A stretch of DNA of 64,000 nucleotides. Source: Eledone cirrhosa (Eukaryota). Under the pieces are notes generated by a model. It did not search any database, was not told where the DNA came from, and was given only the letters and a program-made list of their open reading frames with translations. The DNA lies in NCBI GenBank assembly GCA_964016885.1, contig OZ024751.1, forward strand, positions 31,310,001 to 31,374,000, given 5' to 3'. Positions within the stretch are counted from its first letter, which is position 1. Each line of letters begins with the position of its first letter. The translations under genes were made by a program, and so were the position numbers. Below, in pieces: positions 58,006 through 64,000 of this stretch.

Positions 58006-59029
58006 TATATATATTTATATATATGTGGGTATGTGTACACAGTTCATTGACATGAATGGAGAGATAGAGATAGGCAGATAGATCGATTAGGGAGAGGGTG
58101 AGGAGGGAGAGATGGATAGATAAAGATAGAAAGATTAAGAAAGGAAGTTAGGGTGTAGTGTATACTTGATTCTACCAAACCTGAGAACAGCTGTTGTTAG
58201 TTGCTGTGTAAAGACTATTCTGATTGGTTAAAAAGTCAGTCTGACACAGTTCTGGGAGGCACTGGTAGCTGGGTATCTCTGGTGGGGGTGGTGGTGTTAT
58301 TGTTAGTGGTAGTTGTAGTGATGGTAGGGCATCAATGAAGTGGAAGTGTGGGGGTTGGATGTAGATGGAGGAGATGGAGAGAAAGGGAAAGAGGAAGAAA
58401 GAGTGAAACGTGTATGTGTGTGTAAGTGTGTTGGAAGCCTGTATTTGTGAATAAACGTGTATGGGTGTAGGTGTGTGTGTGTGTGTGAATATACATATAT
58501 TTATAGGTGAGGGAGATGGATGAGATCAAGTGATACAACACACCACCACCATCATCATCACTGGTGGCCCCACCATTAACAACAACACCATAATCACTAC
58601 CAACAACACCATCAGCATAATCAGACAGAGCATCTGCGTGTCTGCTGTATGTTAGAAATAGTAGTCAAGTCTCTCTCCAATCATATCCTGTCTTAAAGGA
58701 AGGAAGGACACATTACATACTGTAGTCCAAGATACATTATATACGGGGTGGGGGACCTCAAATACCTGATGATCATGGCTGGGTGCTTTTGATTACATGT
58801 CTACAGGATTAAGGCCGACCTGGGGCTAAACAATGCCACCAACATTGTTAACCCTTTCATTTCCAAGTTTCTAATGAAAGACATTGATGATGATTTTCAC
58901 ATCATTTGGAGGGATCTAGTTATAAACTTTCTCATTATTAAGATGGCGTTTGGAATGTAACTTAACGGCTCTTATATAAAATTATGATGGAAGTTTTTAG
59001 CCAAATAAAACTGTTTGATATTGTTTTAT

Positions 59030-59225
59030 GCATGTCAAAGGATGGATGAGTTGAGAGAAAAGCTGAGTATAAGAGGAATCAGATGTAATATGCAGGAGAG
59101 AAGACTGCACTGGTATGGACATGTGATGTATATGGATGATTGTTGGGTGAAGAAGTACCAGGAAATCCCAGTGGAAGGAGACCAAGGAAGACATAGGCAG
59201 AGGTTGTGAGAACTGATCTCAAATT
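59030..59225 (+). mobile_element. Decayed RTE-type LINE fragment
   Basis: MDELREKLSIRGIRCNMQERRLHWYGHVM. Confidence 0.8.
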
Positions 59226-60969
59226 AGTCATCACTACCATCATCATCATCATCATCGTCACCACCACAACCACCATCGACACCACCACCATCACCACCAC
59301 CACAACCACCATCACCACCCTCATCATCAATAAGATCAACTAACATTATTATTTGTTTCACCTTATTTTGAATCCAGGAAAATAAATTATATAATGTAAA
59401 GCACAGAATGAAAGCCGCCACGGCACCTTGGAGTTCGGTAGTTGTATCACTTGTACAATTTTCATCACCTCTCTAAAACATAACACCTCTATATTTATTT
59501 GTAAGCTACACCTAAAACCTAACCCATACATACAGAAGCAACCCACCCCCTACAAAACATAGAATACACTCATAGAAGCCACCGCTTCTAAAATGTCACC
59601 TCTATCACATACAGGCTACCTACCCCCTCTAAAATCTATCCTTTCCTGACATAGAGAGACTACGCCCTCTAAAACATAACCCCCATGCATACATACAGAA
59701 GCTACTCCCTTAAAAATATATTCTCCCCACCCCACATACACACAAGCTACTCCTTCAAGAATCTATCCTCCCCACCGGGATTCTCTCTCTCCACACACAC
59801 ATCAACCCCTGCCTCTCACTACACACACAAGCTACTTCCTCAAAAATCTACCCTGACCCCCAGCTCTCTCTCTCCACAAACAGAAGCTACTCCTTCAAAA
59901 CTCTACCCCAACCCCTGCCCCTTTCTCTCTACAAACAGAAGCTACCCCCTCAAAACCTACACTGACCCCCCCCACACACACACACACACACAAACAAACT
60001 ACTCCTTCAAAAATTTACAGCCCCCCCCCTGCATCTCTCTCCCCACACACAAATTTACTCCCTCAAAAACCTACCCTAACCCCGGTCCCCTTATTGCATC
60101 TCTCTCTCTCTCTACATCAGAGATGATCAAATGTTACACCAACCATTTCCTATAGAAAAGTACTTCATTAGAGGTAGGGCTTTTACTGAGCTCGTTAGGA
60201 GAATAATGGCCAGAGCTTCCTCAATTAATTGTCTCAGTTGAAAGAAGCCACTACAGCAATTACAACAACAACAACTGGCACAAGCCTACAATAACAAAGG
60301 CAACAATTAACACAACAAATTTAGATAAATACATATATAACAGGAATGGAAGGAGGAAGGGATTCATAACAATAATAACAACAATAATGGCAGGAAGGGC
60401 TCACAATAGGAGTGGGAGGGGTGAGGGGGCTCCCAACAACAACAAGTTCAACAAGTCGGGGGGGGGGGGGGGGTATACTGTGAGTAGTTAAGAGTTTATT
60501 ACAATGAATGATTCTACAAATTGGTTGACTTAGGTACAGAACATGGACGAACGGGTGGGGGTGAGGAGAGAGTCTCTTGAGCCCCCTCTTCACCCTAGCC
60601 CCCACCGTTTCCATCACAAGAGGGTCAGTGCATCTGGAGGGGGAGTGAGGAATACAGGAGTATGGTGACTCAGTGGGTGTTTAAAATGTTTCACTACTGA
60701 AACACATATGTGTGTGTGTACCCAAGTGAACAGGAGAAGTCTTCAACAACATCATCTTTGTCCGTTCCCTTGTCGTTTTAATTTGGATTGCCTCCAGAAT
60801 GTAACCTTATTATGTAAAAAGCTGTCTGATGAGATCATGGCACTGGTCAGGTGGAATCGCGTGGCCACTGTCATCATTGAAAGATATATTGCAGCCTTAT
60901 CAATAAAGGACTTTAACATCTGAAACTACTTCACATTTTCTTATTCTCTCTCTCAAATATATATATATA

Positions 60970-61517
60970 TTAATTTATTAACCTGCCATTGAACCACATT
61001 GGCATATGGGTGGACAATACATGTGTCCCTAGATGCTTTTTGCGTGTAGGGATATATACTTTGATAAAATTTGGTCGTTCTGACTGCTGCTATTTATAGT
61101 GGTAGTAGACTGACCTCTCTGCCTTCTATCTTTACACACGGCACTGGACAGAATTGCTTCCACATCATTTATTCTCATCTCGGGAACAATTTTTAATAGC
61201 GCCAGTTCGTAATTTGAACTTGGGAATTTTATATTCTCCGAGTGAAAAGAACCTTCTGACGAGAGTTTATCTTTTCAATGGAAGGGCGCAAGGACTGTCC
61301 ATTTATTTTTGAGACTCGAAACCGATTCGGTAAAGGTAACCATAGTGAGTACAGTGAATTTTTTAAAATTTATTTTGAAACTTTTTCTTATTTGCTAAAC
61401 CTTGATTATATATGTTCTGGCTCGTTAATTTATTAACCTGCCATTGAACCACATTGGCATATGGGTGGACAATACATGTGTCCCTAGACGCTTTTTGCGG
61501 GTACGGATATATACTTT
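60970..61517 (+). mobile_element. Retrozyme-like element: 455-bp unit with 93-bp terminal direct repeat
   Basis: 60970-61062 repeats at 61425-61517; (TA)n flanks; internal hammerhead; no ORF in the track. Confidence 0.8.
61251..61337 (+). ncRNA. Canonical type I hammerhead ribozyme
   Basis: acctt-CUGACGA-gagttt...agactc-GAAA-ccg-att-cgg-UA-aaggt; GUA, predicted cut after 61332. Confidence 0.92.
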
Positions 61518-61574
61518 ATTATTATATATATATACCGTCCAAACCCATGCAAGCGTGGAATATGGACGTTAAAC

Positions 61575-61639
<65 letters not shown>

Positions 61640-61810
61640 TGTGTGTATAATTCTTTCTAACATTGGCTCAAGGCCAATAATTTTGGGGAAAAGGCAAAGT
61701 TGACCTCAGTGGGGCTTGAACTCGGACTGTAACTAAATACCACAAAGCATTTTGTCCAACACTCTACCAATACTGTCAAAATACAATCACCAAAATGCAG
61801 GTGTGTATAT

Positions 61811-62735
61811 ATCATCATCATCATTTTAATGTCTGATTTCCCTCCTAGCAAAGATTGGATGGATCTACATAGACGAAGTGAGTACTGAAGTGGAGCCACT
61901 GATCTCTGAGATAAGCCAGGGATCTGTTGTCTTGCTTATGTAGTCTTGCATTCTACCGAGTGCACAGGTGAGATTGTCATGTCTTCGTCACAACTGAGGG
62001 TCCTCCCAACCCTTTGTTTGGCAAGATATCTATATCTGGATGCCCTTCCTATCACCAACCACTTTAAGATGTATACTGGGTGTGTTTATCACATAGATCA
62101 GCAACACTAAGGAAGTTGTCATGTCCTTGATGTGAGTCCTCCTTGAGGAGTCCTCCCAGGCCTTTGTTTAGCAAGCGCTCTACAACTGGATGCCCTTCCT
62201 GTCACCAACATAGCTAATGTTCTCACTTAAAATAGAAAACCACAATTTAAGTACTCATTACAATCAGTACAGTGGATATATTTTCCTTTATTAAATTAGT
62301 GACTCTTACACGACTAATTCTGTTGTCTTCTTCAAGAATTCATCACAGATCAGATAATTTTTTTAAAAAAAGACTAACAGAACTAATCCTGTTAAAGTCA
62401 ATAATATAGATACATAAATATATAGTAGATAATGCAATTAAGTCAATACTAGGGATACATTAACGCACTCAGTACAAGCTGTAAAGTAGTTGGTGATAGG
62501 AAGGGCATCCTGCTGTCGAAGGCTTGCCAAACAAAGAGGTGGGAGGACTTTTGTGTTAAAGACATGAAAATCTCCACTGTACATTTGGTAGAACGCGAGA
62601 CATTACATAAACAAGACGACAGATCCCTAGTTTGTCTGAGAGATCGATGGCCACTGCTTCAGTGCTGACTTGGTCTATGTGGACCATCCAACCATTTCTA
62701 GCAGGGCAAGCGGACTTTAAAATGATGATGATGAA
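61811..62735. mobile_element. Two diverged RTE-tailed repeats in inverted orientation (61811-62090 minus; 62460-62735 plus)
   Basis: Shared ggaagggcatcc, ccaaacaaag, gggaggac, agatccct and (GAT)n tail. Confidence 0.7.
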
Positions 62736-63466
62736 ATATATAGTAGATAATTGTTTCTACTATTGGCACAAGGCCAGCAATTATCCCAGTACATTACTGG
62801 TACTTTATTTTATCGACCCCGTAAGGATGAAAAGCAAAGTTAACCTCGGCGGGATTTGAACTCAGAATGGCAAGGGCAGTAACTATGCGTCAAAGCATGG
62901 CATCCGACCCTCTACCGATACTGAGCTAAGTCAATAATATGAGAAACATCTACATATTAATAATGATGAGAAATGTTTTCATCATTTTTATTTCTGTTCA
63001 TCATTCTAAAAATAAACTATACTAACTTTTTTCATCTTTTTCAGCAGGCATAAAATGGTGATGATGATGATATATTTGAAAATGTGAGATAAACCAAGCA
63101 TAGAAAATATCTGTCATAATAGTCGAATGCTTTAAATACTAGCTGAGTGACTTGGGTAAAATAGCTCTAGAGTCAAACAAAATCGGCTAGAGGTATCTAC
63201 GGATAAGCAAACTCCATATCTATAGGATACCTTTGCAATAAGGGGTCCAACTAACCCTTCTCCAGTTTATACTACACAGATTAGAGTTAGAGGGTAGCCA
63301 GAAGTAGATAAACCCTAAAATTATTGAAGCACTGGCAGATTTGAGATTTGAAAATGTGAGAATCCCAAATGTAGAAAATATCTGTAATAATAGTTGATTG
63401 CCATAAATAATAGCTGAGGGAATCGGATTTAAGAAAAACCCTAGACATCATTAAAAAGTGTCCAGT

Positions 63467-63529
<63 letters not shown>

Positions 63530-63638
63530 CATGTTGCCTTGTTCAGTATCTGGTATGTCACCCTCTTTACACAGTTTTTCTGCACCTTTTGTAAGTCCCA
63601 GTTATCTTTTACTTGTATATATATATATATATATATAT

Positions 63639-63738
63639 GTTATTCCGGGTTGAAACGGGGGTAACCACAGTAAGAGCTTCCTGATGATTTCTCACGAATG
63701 AAACAGTTCTAGTCCTATAGAAGCTCTTCTATATACGT
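63639..63738 (+). mobile_element. ~100-bp family A mini-element: inverted tail plus hammerhead (63672-63728)
   Basis: agcttc-CUGAUGA-t-ttc-tcac-gaa-t-GAAA-cag..cta-UA-gaagct; C15.2/A16.2 mismatch. Confidence 0.75.
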
Positions 63739-63739
63739 A

Positions 63740-64000
63740 TATCATCATCATCATCATCATTTCATTTTACGTCCGCTTTTTCCCTGTTTGCAAGGGTGGG
63801 GCGGGAACTGATTCTGGCTTGATTTCTACAGCTGGATGCCCTTCCTAACACCAACCTCATTTACAGTGAGTGCTGGGTGCTTTTTTGCCATGGCACCTGC
63901 ACGACCACTTTGCAGTGGAATGATAGGAACCCCAGTCCCTATCATCTCATTTCTACAGCTGAGTAAACTGGAGCAAGGTGAAATAAAGTGTCTTGCTCAA
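63740..64000 (-). mobile_element. tRNA-SINE with RTE tail (cut by window end)
   Basis: Near-identical to 19049-19308. Confidence 0.92.

Noticed and set aside
60970-61517. LTR retrotransposon/TRIM interpretation of the direct repeats
   Set aside because: No TG...CA ends, primer-binding site or polypurine tract; the internal hammerhead favours a PLE/retrozyme origin.

Overview
Repeat-saturated, AT-rich animal DNA with no supportable host protein-coding gene. The repeat repertoire looks like a coleoid cephalopod (octopus-like); this is inferred from recall, not searched. The window holds (TA)n/(CA)n/trinucleotide microsatellites, several minisatellites, tRNA-headed SINEs, RTE- and CR1-type LINE fragments, one non-autonomous Helitron, one TA-inserted MITE and a 200-N gap. 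Most ORFs in the track are simple-repeat artefacts. The main signal is a set of short (0.1-0.6 kb) non-coding elements sitting in (TA)n tracts. They carry type-I hammerhead ribozyme folds (CUGANGA...GAAA...NUH with paired stems I-III), are mostly arranged as fold-backs or as a 1.2-unit direct repeat, and many share an ACTC...GAGT hairpin downstream of the cleavage site. Some have non-canonical cores (U3-A8, A4, U10.1-U11.1). They resemble Penelope-like-element termini or non-LTR retrozymes. Separately, three large minisatellites each grew out of a different module of SINE/RTE-tail sequence (A-box head, core, 3' tail).
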